A program made the translations under genes and the position numbers. This document shows positions 27,693-42,226 of a DNA stretch of 58,975 nt, in pieces. Source of the DNA: Eledone cirrhosa (Eukaryota); assembly GCA_964016885.1 (NCBI GenBank), contig CAXHJY010001042.1, forward strand, positions 1 to 58,975, written 5' to 3'. The number at the start of each line of letters is the position of its first letter. The first letter of the stretch is position 1. Below the pieces are notes generated by a model that was not told the origin of the DNA, searched no databases, and worked only from the letters and a program-made list of their open reading frames with translations.

Positions 27693-27883
27693 TAATTGTT
27701 TCTACTTTTGGCACAAGGCCAGCAATTATCCCAGTGCATTACTGGTACTTTATTTTATCGACCCCGTAAGGATGAAAGGCAAAATTAACCTCTGTGGGAT
27801 TTGAACTCAAATCATACAGGGAGGTAACTCTATGCTACAAAGCATGGCGTCCGACCCTCTACCGATACTGCCAATCCATCGCC
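27693..27883 (-). mobile_element. tRNA-derived SINE with target-site duplication
   Basis: Full copy flanked by TATTTAATAAT at 27686 and 27884. Confidence 0.9.
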
Positions 27884-28094
27884 TATTTAATAATAACTTC
27901 TCCACATATCTATTTTGTCCCAAACGTGAAATAGAAAGTTAATGCACAATTAATTGACGGGATAGTTTAATAAGTCGCCATTTTTTAAACTGGTAGTGTG
28001 TGAGTGGTGGTGGTGGTGGTAGGGGTAGTGTGTGAGTGGTGGTGGTGGTGGTGGTGGGAGGGTTACCTAATTCTAACCCGAGACGGGTGATATA

Positions 28095-28310
28095 GTTGTT
28101 TCTACTTTAGGCACAAGGCCAGCAATTTGAAGGGGAGGGGAAAGTCGATTAAATCGATCTCAGTGCATTACTGGTACTTTATTTCATCGACCCCGTAAGG
28201 ATGAAAGGAAAAGCTAACCTCGGCGGGATTTGAACTCAGAACGCAAAGGGCCGCAACTCTATGTTACAAAGCAGGGTATCCGGTGCTCAACCGATTTTGC
28301 CATTCCACTG
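28095..28310 (-). mobile_element. tRNA-derived SINE, longer subfamily; decayed relatives near 455-588, 2110-2225, 22075-22250, 29920-30033 and 35095-35212
   Basis: Same head and core plus an extra internal segment. Confidence 0.8.
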
Positions 28311-29554
28311 AATTTTTCAGCTCATCTCGATGCTTTTATAGCAATTTAGCTTTATTAGATGAACTATCACTAGTTCAATTGATTACTTACAATTGATTAC
28401 TTACAATTACTTACAATTCAGTAACATAAACTGGAAAGTGTTGATAATCTGTTCAATAGTAAGTTATCGTTTTGGTATGGCTAGGGAAGATTCAGAAAAT
28501 CTAATTTCCGTATAGTAAGTAATTCAATTGGGCCAAATTAAATGTCAAAGTTAGCTAAATGTTATATAAACATTCCTTCCGAGTTAATTGTTCACTTCAA
28601 TCAACCAGAGCATTTAGTATCTGCAAAGACTAGCAGAATCGTAAAATAAAACCTCAGCTGGTTGTGTTTGATTCAATATCTGTTGACATAAGTGATGGGT
28701 TTGACATTTAGTTCTTTATTTTGTTACCCTTTTCGAGTAAGAAAGAAAATGGCTTTCATTTGAAAAAATTAGTTTCTATTATCCAACATAATCGATGATC
28801 GTCACTAAGACATTTTTTTTATATTAATATTTCAGATGAATACTTAAAATGGAATCTTAAGTAATGCCAATATTTTTCAGTCGAAACTTTTTAACGTCTA
28901 AAGATTAAGAAGGGACCATAAAGATCTATGTTGGTTGTGGAAGTAGATTTAATATACACAGCGATTTTTGTTTTGGTTATTTTCATAATGCATTTGTTCA
29001 AGTATTTACATATTGACCAACTATTTAATCAATCAATTTTCGTTAGAGGCAACTCTAAAGTAATCGAATTTGAAGAGAGCGGGGATGGTTATAAAGTAAC
29101 CATTTACATTATGAGCATCTATTGAAAGGATTCTGCAGAAGTTAAAGTTTGACTGACTTATATAAATTTGAAGGAATACATTTTATGACGGCATAGCAAT
29201 AGAATGTAATTACTCTTGACTTTTGACAGACAAGATAGATTTCGATGTGCTTAAATTACAGAAATAACCAGAAACATAGCAAGATTATTTTGTTTTGACT
29301 TGCTCTTTACGAAAAGGTCGCTACGTTGGAATTGTAATCAAAATATTATATACTTCAGACCAATAATAAAAAAAAACTCGAAAGGACATTTCTTATCCAA
29401 CAAAATTATTTTTTGTGTCATGTTTATTCAAAATTCATAATAAATCGATATCCTATTTTCTGATAGAAATAAAAAGAAACAATAGTCCTCAAATAGTTTA
29501 TTTTATTCTTAGTTCTTTAATCAGATAAGGAAGCCAGATCAGTAATCTGATTGG

Positions 29555-29906
29555 AGCCCTAGTAATTTAGTGAAAGTCCTAGTAATCTGGTGTGAAACCT
29601 AGTAATCTACTGGAGCCCTAGTAATCTACTGGAAGCCCTAGTAATCTGTTGTGAGCCCTAGTAATTTAGTGAAAGTCCTAGTAATCTGGTGTGAAACCTA
29701 GTAATCTACTGGAGCCCTAGTAATCTACTGGAAGCCCTAGTAATCTGTTGTGAGCCCTAGTAATATAGTGAAAGTCCTAGTAATCTGGTGTGAAACCTAG
29801 TAATCTACTGGAGCCCTAGTAATCTACTGGAAGCCCTAGTAATATGTTGTGAGCCCTAGTAATATAGTGAAAGTCCTAGTAATCTGGTGTGGAACCTAGT
29901 AATCTA
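29555..29906. repeat. ~20-bp minisatellite with a 99-bp five-unit higher-order repeat
   Basis: CTAGTAAT every 19-20 nt; five spacer variants cycle ~3.5 times. Confidence 0.92.
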
Positions 29907-30562
29907 GCACCTAAAATAATGATTTCTACTATTGGCACAAGGCCAACAATTTTAGAGGAGGGGAAAATTGATTAAAACGACCCCATTGCATTACTCGTAC
30001 TTTATTTCATCGACCCCGTAAGGATGAAAGGCACAACAGCACCTAAAATAATGCTGGGTGGGTAGAACAATTTCAGTCTCTAAACTACTCCTTTGTATGG
30101 TCATCCTTAAGTACTCTAAAACGGTTTTCTGTTTTAGAGTATAAAAGATGTTATATATATATATATTAATGTATATATATTTATATAATAGACACTCAGC
30201 CTTTTGATAAAGTAGTCGTTGATAGAGATTCCAATGTTTCTATTGTATTATGGTTTTAATGAGCAGCTTTTGAATCTACTTTCAGACTAAAATCGCCACA
30301 GCATAACAATAATGGTACAATTTAACGGTACTATTAACGTTCACATTAATTACATATACATTACTGTTGTTCTTATGATATTGTGTGTACATATCATTTA
30401 TATGAATTTAATGTTCATAAAACTCTACGACAAAAAATTATAGGTTCTTTGAACCAGAAATAAACACAGATAGTATAGACATTTAAATAGATTGGCAACT
30501 TCTAAACAAGTTCTATGAGATAAGGTTTAGAATATTGGAAGTTGAATGATATTTCAAACTGA

Positions 30563-31998
30563 ATACACAACTATATACCACCTTACTAACACACAACTAT
30601 ATACCACCTTACTATTACACAACTATATACCACCTTACTAACACACAATTATATACCATCTTACTATTACACAACTATATACCATCTTACTATTACACAA
30701 CTATATATCACCTTACTATTACATAACTATATACCACCTTACTATTACACAACTATATACCACCTTACTAATACACAACTATATACCATCTTACTAATAC
30801 ACAACTATATACCACCTTACTAATACACAACTATATACCATCTTACTATTACACAACTATATACCACCTTACTATTACACAATTATATACCACCTTACTA
30901 TTACACAACTATATATCACCTTACTATTACATAACTATATACCACCTTACTGTTACACAACTATATACCACCTTACTAATACACAACTATATACCATCTT
31001 ACTAATACACAACTATATACCACCTTACTAATACACAACTATATACCACCTTACTAACACACAACTATATACCACCTTACTAATACACAACTATATACCA
31101 CCTTACTAATACACAACTATATACCACCTTACTAATACACAACTATATACCACCTTACTAATATACAACTATATACCACCTTACTAATACACAACTATAT
31201 ATCACAACTATATATCACCTTACTAACACACAACTATATACCACCTTACTATTACACAACTATATACCATCTTACTAACACACAACTATATACCATCTTA
31301 CTAACACACAACTATATATCATCTTACTATTACACAACTATATATCACAACTATATACCACCTTACTAACACACAACTATATACCATCTTACTAACACAC
31401 AACTATATATCACAACTATATACCACCTTACTAACACACAACTATATACCATCTTACTAATACACAACTATATACCATCTTACTAATACACAACTATATA
31501 CCATCTTACTAACACAACTATATATCACAACTATATACCACCTTACTAATACACAACTATATACCATCTTACTAACACAACTATATATCACAACTCTATA
31601 CCACCTTACTAACACACAACTATATATCACAACTATATACCATCTTACTAACACACAACGATATACCATCTTACTAATACACAACTATATATCACAACTA
31701 TATACCACCTTACTAACACACAACTATATATCACAACTATATATCACCTTACTAATACACAACTATATACCAGCTTACTAACACACAACTATATATTACA
31801 ACTATATATCATCTTACTAACACACAACTATATACCACCTTACTAATACACAACTATATACCACTTTACTAACACACAACTATATATCACAACTATATAC
31901 CACCTTACTAATACACAACTATATACCACCTTACTAACACACAACTATATATCACAACTATATACCACCTTACTAATACACAACTATATACCATCTTA
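30563..31998. repeat. 26-bp minisatellite with 13-bp half-unit variants
   Basis: Unit ACACAACTATATACCACCTTACTAA(C/T). Confidence 0.95.
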
Positions 31999-33480
31999 GG
32001 AATTCACTAGATTTCTTCTTCATATCTAACATTCCAGGTATTTTGTTTATTTCTACAATTTCTGTGTTTTTTGCTGTCTACGGGTTTACAATTTTGAGAC
32101 AATTTGAGTGATTGCTACATTTAAGGTGTCGTTTGAAGTTAAGGTACGTGACTTAATCATTAAGGTGTTAGACTTATGGCCTTTGGTTCGATTCCCGGAC
32201 CGGGTGGCACGTTATATTCTGGAGCAAGACACTTCATCTTCACGCTGCTTTACATAATAGGATTGGAGCCCCTATCATTAAAACACCCCAAAATCCTCCT
32301 ATAAGATGCAACATCGTATGGGATCAGATAAACCGACATAGGCATGGGCTGTAAATCTCCTCCCTTACGTCGTTTGAGATGTATTAATTATTTTTATGTG
32401 AATGTATTAATAATATTCACATTAATATTTTACTATAAATAAGCACATTATTTATTTTCTATAAACACATAATCTTTTATTCATAAAATTTAGACTCTGT
32501 CTTCTTAGGAGTCGACATTTCATTTTTATTTCCAGTCTACATGTTTAATTTATTAATCTTGCAAGCTTAAGGAAAATATTTCTAGTTTCCAAGAATCTAA
32601 CCATATTTTTCTGTCAGTACTAATGTCACCAAAGCGTTAAAACGGGATGTATTGGAGAATGGAAGTAGAGGAAATACATTTATCAGCATTATATATAAAA
32701 ACTGAAGAAGCGAAAAGAAAAAAAAATTAAATTGATTGTAGAAGTCAAGAATAAAAGTATTTCGGTATTAAACAGAAAATATAATATGAAATATTGGTGG
32801 GAATTAAGCAGCTGTTCTCAAGGTTGATTCATGAGCGAAGTGAAGTAGAGAGCTGTGTAGGACCGAGTATTTGCTGATAAAGATCGATGGAAGAAATTCC
32901 CCCTATTTTTCTTTAAATGAATAAAGATTATTAAAAAAAATAGTGAAATCATTCATAATAATCATTTCATTATGAAACTCTGTGTGTGTGTGGGGGGGGG
33001 GGGGTGTAAACCTATTGTTTTTTAGCAATAGGTTTACAATGAAATAAATTGTGAGAATAGGTCTCGGTTCTGATGGCTCTTCCACGTATTCCGTATTATT
33101 GTGCAACAATTTGGGGCGACGGCCATAACTGAACCTTGAAACCTAAGGTAGAACTTTCTTGTTTTGTGTATAAAAATAAATAAATTTATTCTTTAGATTT
33201 CTAACATATTTATTTAGATTTTATATCAGAGAATGAAATTCAAGAAAGCAGAAACTGTTCTATTAACGCTTGCAAATGTTATTAGAAGTACGTGATACAG
33301 TTGCTTTCCATAATCGAAAGTACTTCTTCAAGTACTTCAAGTACTTCTACAATCTCACTGTATCAATGTAGAACCCCTTCAACTCATTGAGCCAACTTCA
33401 TACAACTGTAAGAGCATCCATGAGAAAAGAAAAGTTATTTTCCCTCACATCGGTTCCAATTTACTATGACTGAAGTATCG

Positions 33481-33530
<50 letters not shown>

Positions 33531-33535
<5 letters not shown>

Positions 33536-33924
33536 TAAACGGAATAGAAAATGCTGACAAATTGTTCACAGTTGAAAAATGGTTTAATTAGGAATAAAAG
33601 AGTATTAGTGATTGTATGGGTTAGTATTCAGTTGTGGTTTTAAGTTTTTAAGTTTTTACCGGTTGCGCATTTCTAAATGCTTTTCAAAAATAATTTTGAG
33701 ATAGAGTGTCCGTGCTGTTTGCCCAGATCAGAGCAAACAGCACGGACACTCTATCTCAAAATTATTTTTGAAAAGCATTTAGAAATGCGCAACCGGTAAA
33801 AACTTAAAAACTTAAAACCACAACTGAATACTAACCCATACAATCACTAATACTCTTTTATTCCTAATTAAACCATTTTTCAACTGTGAACAATTTGTCA
33901 GCATTTTCTATTCCGTTTACCAAT
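33531..33924. repeat. Perfect fold-back palindrome with a variant, probably dead hammerhead on each arm
   Basis: 192-bp arms, 10-nt loop; TTGAAAA-GCATTT ag AAATGC-GCAA-CCGG-TA at 33768-33798. Confidence 0.88.
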
Positions 33925-33964
33925 ATATAATAACTTGTGTGTTACACCTCTATTCTTTTAACTA

Positions 33965-33998
<34 letters not shown>

Positions 33999-34335
33999 CA
34001 TATCTAAATCGATACTCTCTCTCTCTCACTATTTTTTCCTTCTTCTCTTCTCTCTTCTCTCTCTCCATAGTCGTTTAAATAAACGGTTGTTTTTCAATTA
34101 ATTATTTACATATTCATTTGCATATTCACCCATAAGTTTGAAAAATCCCTAATACATTTCCACTATCCAGAGAATATCCAACTAATAAGGTATGATTTTC
34201 CTGGGTATGTCTCTATTTATAAAACAAACTATGTATTTTATCTGAAGAAAGCGTACCAAAGTCTGTTGGTACCCTTGAAATATATATAATGAAATAAATA
34301 TGGTTTTATAAATATAGTTTCCATTTATTTAATAT

Positions 34336-34401
<66 letters not shown>

Positions 34402-35759
34402 CTGAGTCCAGAAATAGCCGTCGAAACGGCTTGAGCTCTGCCGTCGGGGTCATACTTTTTCCTATTTCCCACTCTACTACCCTAAGTATTGAGTACTCTG
34501 GTGCGTTATGGTCCATCTGGTTCCTTACCACAATTACTTTGTTATCTATATATATAAAGTGTGTATAGAATCAATATAAATATTTTATTATTAATAGCGA
34601 GTGATTTAAAGAGGCGCTATTAAAAAAACACATTACACACAAACATAAATACAAACACAGAGACACACACACATATTGTGTTACAGAGACACACACACAC
34701 ATATTGTGTTACAGAGAGACACACACACATATTGTGTTACAGAGAGACACACGCACATATTGTGTTAACGTTAACATCAACATTAACAACAAATATCCGT
34801 TGAATTTCAAAATACCGAAATGTCTCTCACTAATGGGAAGTAACTGCAAAGAACTCCACAATTAAATAATTTAGATATAATTTAATTTAGAAGAGAAAGA
34901 GCTTTATGTATAGATGGACACATAACTCCTGGTGGAGTGGTAGGAACGCCGTAGTGACATACAGCGCGTCTTATGCATTTTAAACCTGGCTGAGCCCATC
35001 TCCTCTCCAGGTCTGGACACAGCTAATTTGTATTCCAGAGAGAGAGAGAGAGAGAGAGAGAAATAGTGAGGGAGAGATATAGAGGAAACATCAACCCAGT
35101 ACTAAACTGACACTTTATTTTATCGACTTCGAAAGGCTGAAAGGCAAAGTTAACTGCGGTGGGATTTGAACTCCAAACGTAGTGAGCCGGAACGAATATA
35201 GCAAAGCATTCTAAAGTTCTGGCGACTGTACCAAGAAAGAAAATTCTCCCTTAAAACTAGCCAAAAGTATGATAGAGGGTTGTCATTTTAGTCCGGAAAA
35301 TTTAATTCTTCATTGATAGAAGGTAATGTCAGATGTTGGAGAATTTCTGTCTCATGACTTGGTTAGCTTGCTGTCGGAAGACAAGACTGTTCTATTTACT
35401 GCAACACACAATCATTTCATATGGTTGCATGTATTTTCATCAGACAAGAAATTAAATATGTCAAACTTTCATTCAATAATCTGGCATAAAGCTATTAAAA
35501 GAACCAGCAATATAATACCATAGCCAGTCGAGAAGCTTCTTTGAAAGTTATGTTAGATAATCGAATATGTTGAAAGATGTTTAGCTTCTAAGCAATGGAC
35601 GAGCAGACCTACGATAAAAAACAACAACCCATCTTTTGATAGGTATATAGCACTACAATGAAGGCGCATGCTTAAAATCTCATGGAACATCTCTATCTCT
35701 GTGAAGAAGAAGACCAATGGTCTAAAGGCAATAGCAGAGGAGGTAACAAAATATTTCAG

Positions 35760-38290
35760 TTGAATCTTGTCGGCAAGTAATAGAAGTGATTTCCATACGG
35801 CGGCTTAAGTACCCCCTCATACAAGTCTCTGATATTCAAATGATTAAAAGGTATCAGTAGATGGGTACTCAAGAGTCATAACCTGGATATGTTTTGATCA
35901 CACACATACAAGATTTTTTCTGAATACGTAACTTAAACTTCCCTCGAACCATCTTATGGTCTGTGTAGCATTCTGCACTACGCATGACACGCACATTACA
36001 GACATCATTCAGGTCGCATATCCGGGTTACTATGAAATCTATCATGTGGCTGTCCTTTGATCTTGGGTATATCCAGGTAACTTTATTCTTCTTTTGGCGG
36101 AAGAATGTATTGCAAATTGCTAGGTTGAGTTGCAAACAGAACACAAGCAGCTTCAAACCATTGACATTCATCTTACCGATGCCGTAATAGCCCAGTGCAT
36201 CCCATGTCTCGTGGTCTCTGCCAACTCGGGCATTGAAATCACCAAGAATGATCACTTTTTCTTCGCTGGAGTATATGCAATTGTAGATGCGAAGGGATTT
36301 ATAGAATGTCATAATACTTTCTTCACTGGCCTGGAGATTTGGAGCATAAACTGACAGAATTGTTGCACATCGCCCATGTACAACTTCATTATACGGTCAC
36401 TGATTCCAGAGGGGCACTCTAAATGTTGTACTAGAGTTTCTCACACTGCAAAACCTACACCACCATCTCGCCGTTCTCCTTTTGGTTTCCCTGTCCAGAA
36501 AAGTAAGAAACGTGATGATGCTTCAGCCAGCTGATCACACCCTGATAGACATGTTTCTGACAAGGTTGCAATATCTATATTTACTCTTTGGAGTTTGAAT
36601 AATATTGACTTCGATGGAACGTGGATAAACTTCAGGGATCAATCGTATACAGCAGGAGCAGATTAACTTGGATTCAGGACGAAAAACAACATAAAGACTG
36701 GTTTAATGACAATAATCTAATAAACTATTAAAGAAAAAACATGCTCTTCAGGGAGAATGCCCTACGAATTTAACTTCTATTGAAAAGTCATATAAAGAAT
36801 ATAAAGAATATGAAGCCACGAGCTGAGAAGGCTTAAAAATGGTGGTTGAAGATCTCTGAATATAGTCAAAGTGCTAATAGTGCAAAGGATTCAACAACTT
36901 CGTCCAACAACTTTATGTCCAACAACTTTGTCTATTGTTCCTGTCAGGTCCAAAGATGACACTGCATTCATCAAAGAATCAGAGAAAATCCTTAAGCGTT
37001 GGCAAGAACATTTCACTGATTTATTTGATAATCCATCATCAATTGATCATGATGTGCTAGAAGGCATCCCCCAATGTGTTGTAAATTTTAAAATGGATCG
37101 ATTACCAGATTATAATGAGGTTAAAATGGCCATCAACCAGTTAAACACGGGTAGGCACCTGGATCAGATGGAATCCTTGTGTAATTGTTAAAGGTTGGTA
37201 ATAAGAACATAACACAAACAATACTCCATCTCATCACAGAGTGGTGGACTGGAGCTCCTATACCACAAGATTAGATATATGGTATGTTTTGCAGCTTCTT
37301 GTAATACCTTGGCATGAATATTAATCTAAAAAGGACCAAGGTAATGTTCACTCCTTCACCAGGGTAAGCATATATTGAGCCAAATATAATGGTGCATGGA
37401 ACTAGGTTGGGTGTAGTTGACACTTTTGTTTACCTGGGTAGTGCATTATCAAGAGATGGTTCACTGGATGCAGAAATACACCTGCGCGTTCAGAAGGCCT
37501 CTTTAGCCTTCGCAAAACTGGAAAAGAGAGTGTAGGTGGATCATGGCATCAATATCAAGACCAACACTAGTGTGTACAAGGCCTGCATTCTGAGTGCTCT
37601 GTTGTGCTCTTCAGAAACGTGGACAGTACATCGTAGACACCTTAATTTCCTTGAACACGTTAAGCAAAAGAGGTTAATACGAATCCTAAACAACAAATAG
37701 CAACAAAAAATACCTGACACACATATCCTTATAGATGCTCGTTGCACGAGCATTGAATCTGCCATGCTGGGCGCATGAATGAGGAAAGACTCCCAAAACA
37801 ACTATTTTACGGTCAATTGCTCACTGGGAAACGCCCTCAGCACAAACCAAGAAAAATATATAAGGATTGCATAAAAAAGAACCTTAAAAATCTACAATTT
37901 GAACTTAATAAGAACATAGGGAGCTGGATTTGTGATGGGTGTGGTCGTTTATTGCTCTCTAAATCTGGCTACATCACTCATTTAAAATCACATTAAGCCA
38001 ACTGTATGTAGCTCTATCCCTCCAATGCTAGGTGAGACAAAATGTGTGGTGTGCAAAAAGACCTGCAAATCAATCTCTGGTCTTAAAAGACATATGAGGG
38101 TACATAAGGATGATATCCCACAAAGTGACCCAATAAATCCAATAGAGGGCACATCTTTTGCCTGTCACACTTGCTGCAAACCTTGCAAATCTAATGCTGG
38201 ATTTAAAAGTCACCTAAGGGGTCAGGGACGGACGTTTGGAGTTGGTGATGGTTGATAGGGGTGCATAGAAAGATAGCAATTATCTGCAAA
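35760..38290. mobile_element. Decayed RTE-clade LINE: APE endonuclease on - (35760-36595); partial RT and C2H2 fingers on + (36600-38290)
   Basis: ILGDFNARVG, HMIDFIV, TDH; RWQEHF..LFD, ERLPKQLFYGQL, CxxC..H fingers; many lesions. Confidence 0.85.
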
Positions 38291-38441
38291 GATAAAGCAA
38301 TCACCATATAGATAAACCATATATATATGTATATATGTATATATATGTATATGTATATATGTATATATATATGTATATATGTATATATATATATATGTAC
38401 GTATGTATGCGTATCTGATATGTATGTATAGATATGTATGA

Positions 38442-38487
<46 letters not shown>

Positions 38488-38778
38488 TGAAACAAAATGA
38501 AAACGAAATTTCATTTCTCACTCTTAGTATGGCACTTACATAAATGTAAGTATGCATGTATACGTACATACATATATGTATACAGACGTACAGTAGCATG
38601 CACATATATATATATATATACACATACATATGCATACAGGTACACATACATATATGCACGTATCAGTTTAGCGGCGCTAACGTCGCTTTGTTCGTTTGTA
38701 AACAAACTGAACAGCCTGAATTTATGCCATACGGTGTTAAGGCAACCACGTCACCTTTTTGTTCAACACTGACACAGG

Positions 38779-38823
38779 AACGATGTACTAGTTTCAAGCT
38801 TGTTAGCTATCATCAGCACCGTT
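38779..38823 (-). ncRNA. Same minimal hammerhead on - strand, 8 copies at 38779 + n*460
   Basis: Exact reverse complement of 42182-42226. Confidence 0.92.
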
Positions 38824-41800
38824 TACCCATCTGCCAGATAGTTGAACGTTCGAAAGTATATACTTTCCTTATGAAAATTAACGGCTGAGCAGCCTAATTT
38901 GCATATTGAGTGAGTTAAATCGGTCAGGCATACCGAAAACGATAAATTGAAACAAAATGAAAACGAAATTTCATTTCTCACTCTTAGTATGGCACTTACA
39001 TAAATGTAAGTATGCATGTATACGTACATACACATATGTATACAGACGTACAGTAGCATGCACATATATATATATATATACACATACATATGCATACAGG
39101 TACACATACATATATGCACGTATCAGTTTAGCGGCGCTAACGTCGCTTTGTTCGTTTGTAAACAAACTGAACAGCCTGAATTTATGCCATACGGTGTTAA
39201 GGCAACCACGTCACCTTTTTGTTCAACACTGACACAGGAACGATGTACTAGTTTCAAGCTTGTTAGCTATCATCAGCACCGTTTACCCATCTGCCAGATA
39301 GTTGAACGTTCGAAAGTATATACTTTCCTTATGAAAATTAACGGCTGAGCAGCCTAATTTGCATATTGAGTGAGTTAAATCGGTCAGGCATACCGAAAAC
39401 GATAAATTGAAACAAAATGAAAACGAAATTTCATTTCTCACTCTTAGTATGGCACTTACATAAATGTAAGTATGCATGTATACGTACATACATATATGTA
39501 TACAGACGTACAGTAGCATGCACATATATATATATATATACACATACATATGCATACAGGTACACATACATATATGCACGTATCAGTTTAGCGGCGCTAA
39601 CGTCGCTTTGTTCGTTTGTAAACAAACTGAACAGCCTGAATTTATGCCATACGGTGTTAAGGCAACCACGTCACCTTTTTGTTCAACACTGACACAGGAA
39701 CGATGTACTAGTTTCAAGCTTGTTAGCTATCATCAGCACCGTTTACCCATCTGCCAGATAGTTGAACGTTCGAAAGTATATACTTTCCTTATGAAAATTA
39801 ACGGCTGAGCAGCCTAATTTGCATATTGAGTGAGTTAAATCGGTCAGGCATACCGAAAACGATAAATTGAAACAAAATGAAAACGAAATTTCATTTCTCA
39901 CTCTTAGTATGGCACTTACATAAATGTAAGTATGCATGTATACGTACATACATATATGTATACAGACGTACAGTAGCATGCACATATATATATATATATA
40001 CACATACATATGCATACAGGTACACATACATATATGCACGTATCAGTTTAGCGGCGCTAACGTCGCTTTGTTCGTTTGTAAACAAACTGAACAGCCTGAA
40101 TTTATGCCATACGGTGTTAAGGCAACCACGTCACCTTTTTGTTCAACACTGACACAGGAACGATGTACTAGTTTCAAGCTTGTTAGCTATCATCAGCACC
40201 GTTTACCCATCTGCCAGATAGTTGAACGTTCGAAAGTATATACTTTCCTTATGAAAATTAACGGCTGAGCAGCCTAATTTGCATATTGAGTGAGTTAAAT
40301 CGGTCAGGCATACCGAAAACGATAAATTGAAACAAAATGAAAACGAAATTTCATTTCTCACTCTTAGTATGGCACTTACATAAATGTAAGTATGCATGTA
40401 TACGTACATACATATATGTATACAGACGTACAGTAGCATGCACATATATATATATATATACACATACATATGCATACAGGTACACATACATATATGCACG
40501 TATCAGTTTAGCGGCGCTAACGTCGCTTTGTTCGTTTGTAAACAAACTGAACAGCCTGAATTTATGCCATACGGTGTTAAGGCAACCACGTCACCTTTTT
40601 GTTCAACACTGACACAGGAACGATGTACTAGTTTCAAGCTTGTTAGCTATCATCAGCACCGTTTACCCATCTGCCAGATAGTTGAACGTTCGAAAGTATA
40701 TACTTTCCTTATGAAAATTAACGGCTGAGCAGCCTAATTTGCATATTGAGTGAGTTAAATCGGTCAGGCATACCGAAAACGATAAATTGAAACAAAATGA
40801 AAACGAAATTTCATTTCTCACTCTTAGTATGGCACTTACATAAATGTAAGTATGCATGTATACGTACATACATATATGTATACAGACGTACAGTAGCATG
40901 CACATATATATATATATATACACATACATATGCATACAGGTACACATACATATATGCACGTATCAGTTTAGCGGCGCTAACGTCGCTTTGTTCGTTTGTA
41001 AACAAACTGAACAGCCTGAATTTATGCCATACGGTGTTAAGGCAACCACGTCACCTTTTTGTTCAACACTGACACAGGAACGATGTACTAGTTTCAAGCT
41101 TGTTAGCTATCATCAGCACCGTTTACCCATCTGCCAGATAGTTGAACGTTCGAAAGTATATACTTTCCTTATGAAAATTAACGGCTGAGCAGCCTAATTT
41201 GCATATTGAGTGAGTTAAATCGGTCAGGCATACCGAAAACGATAAATTGAAACAAAATGAAAACGAAATTTCATTTCTCACTCTTAGTATGGCACTTACA
41301 TAAATGTAAGTATGCATGTATACGTACATACATATATGTATACAGACGTACAGTAGCATGCACATATATATATATATATACACATACATATGCATACAGG
41401 TACACATACATATATGCACGTATCAGTTTAGCGGCGCTAACGTCGCTTTGTTCGTTTGTAAACAAACTGAACAGCCTGAATTTATGCCATACGGTGTTAA
41501 GGCAACCACGTCACCTTTTTGTTCAACACTGACACAGGAACGATGTACTAGTTTCAAGCTTGTTAGCTATCATCAGCACCGTTTACCCATCTGCCAGATA
41601 GTTGAACGTTCGAAAGTATATACTTTCCTTATGAAAATTAACGGCTGAGCAGCCTAATTTGCATATTGAGTGAGTTAAATCGGTCAGGCATACCGAAAAC
41701 GATAAATTGAAACAAAATGAAAACGAAATTTCATTTCTCACTCTTAGTATGGCACTTACATAAATGTAAGTATGCATGTATACGTACATACATATATGTA

Positions 41801-42181
41801 TACAGACGTACAGTAGCATGCACATATATATATATATATACACATACATATGCATACAGGTACACATACATATATGCACGTATCAGTTTAGCGGCGCTAA
41901 CGTCGCTTTGTTCGTTTGTAAACAAACTGAACAGCCTGAATTTATGCCATACGGTGTTAAGGCAACCACGTCACCTTTTTGTTCAACACTGACACAGGAA
42001 CGATGTACTAGTTTCAAGCTTGTTAGCTATCATCAGCACCGTTTACCCATCTGCCAGATAGTTGAACGTTCGAAAGTATATACTTTCCTTATGAAAATTA
42101 ACGGCTGAGCAGCCTAATTTGCATATTGAGTGAGTTAAATCGGTCAGGCATACCGAAAACGATAAATTGAAACAAAATGAA

Positions 42182-42226
42182 AACGGTGCTGATGATAGCT
42201 AACAAGCTTGAAACTAGTACATCGTT
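42182..42226 (+). ncRNA. Minimal type I hammerhead ribozyme (also at 42642, 43102, 43562)
   Basis: AACGGTG-CTGATGA-T-AGCT aaca AGCT-T-GAAA-CTAG-TA-CATCGTT: 7-bp stem I, intact core, palindromic stem III, GUA site cut after 42219. Confidence 0.92.

Noticed and set aside
29555-29906. CRISPR-like repeat/spacer look
   Set aside because: 8-nt repeat, ~12-nt spacers that recur cyclically, no cas genes, eukaryotic context
32903-33450. Possible host exons
   Set aside because: Splice-like sites exist but no recognisable protein and frames close quickly; needs RNA-seq
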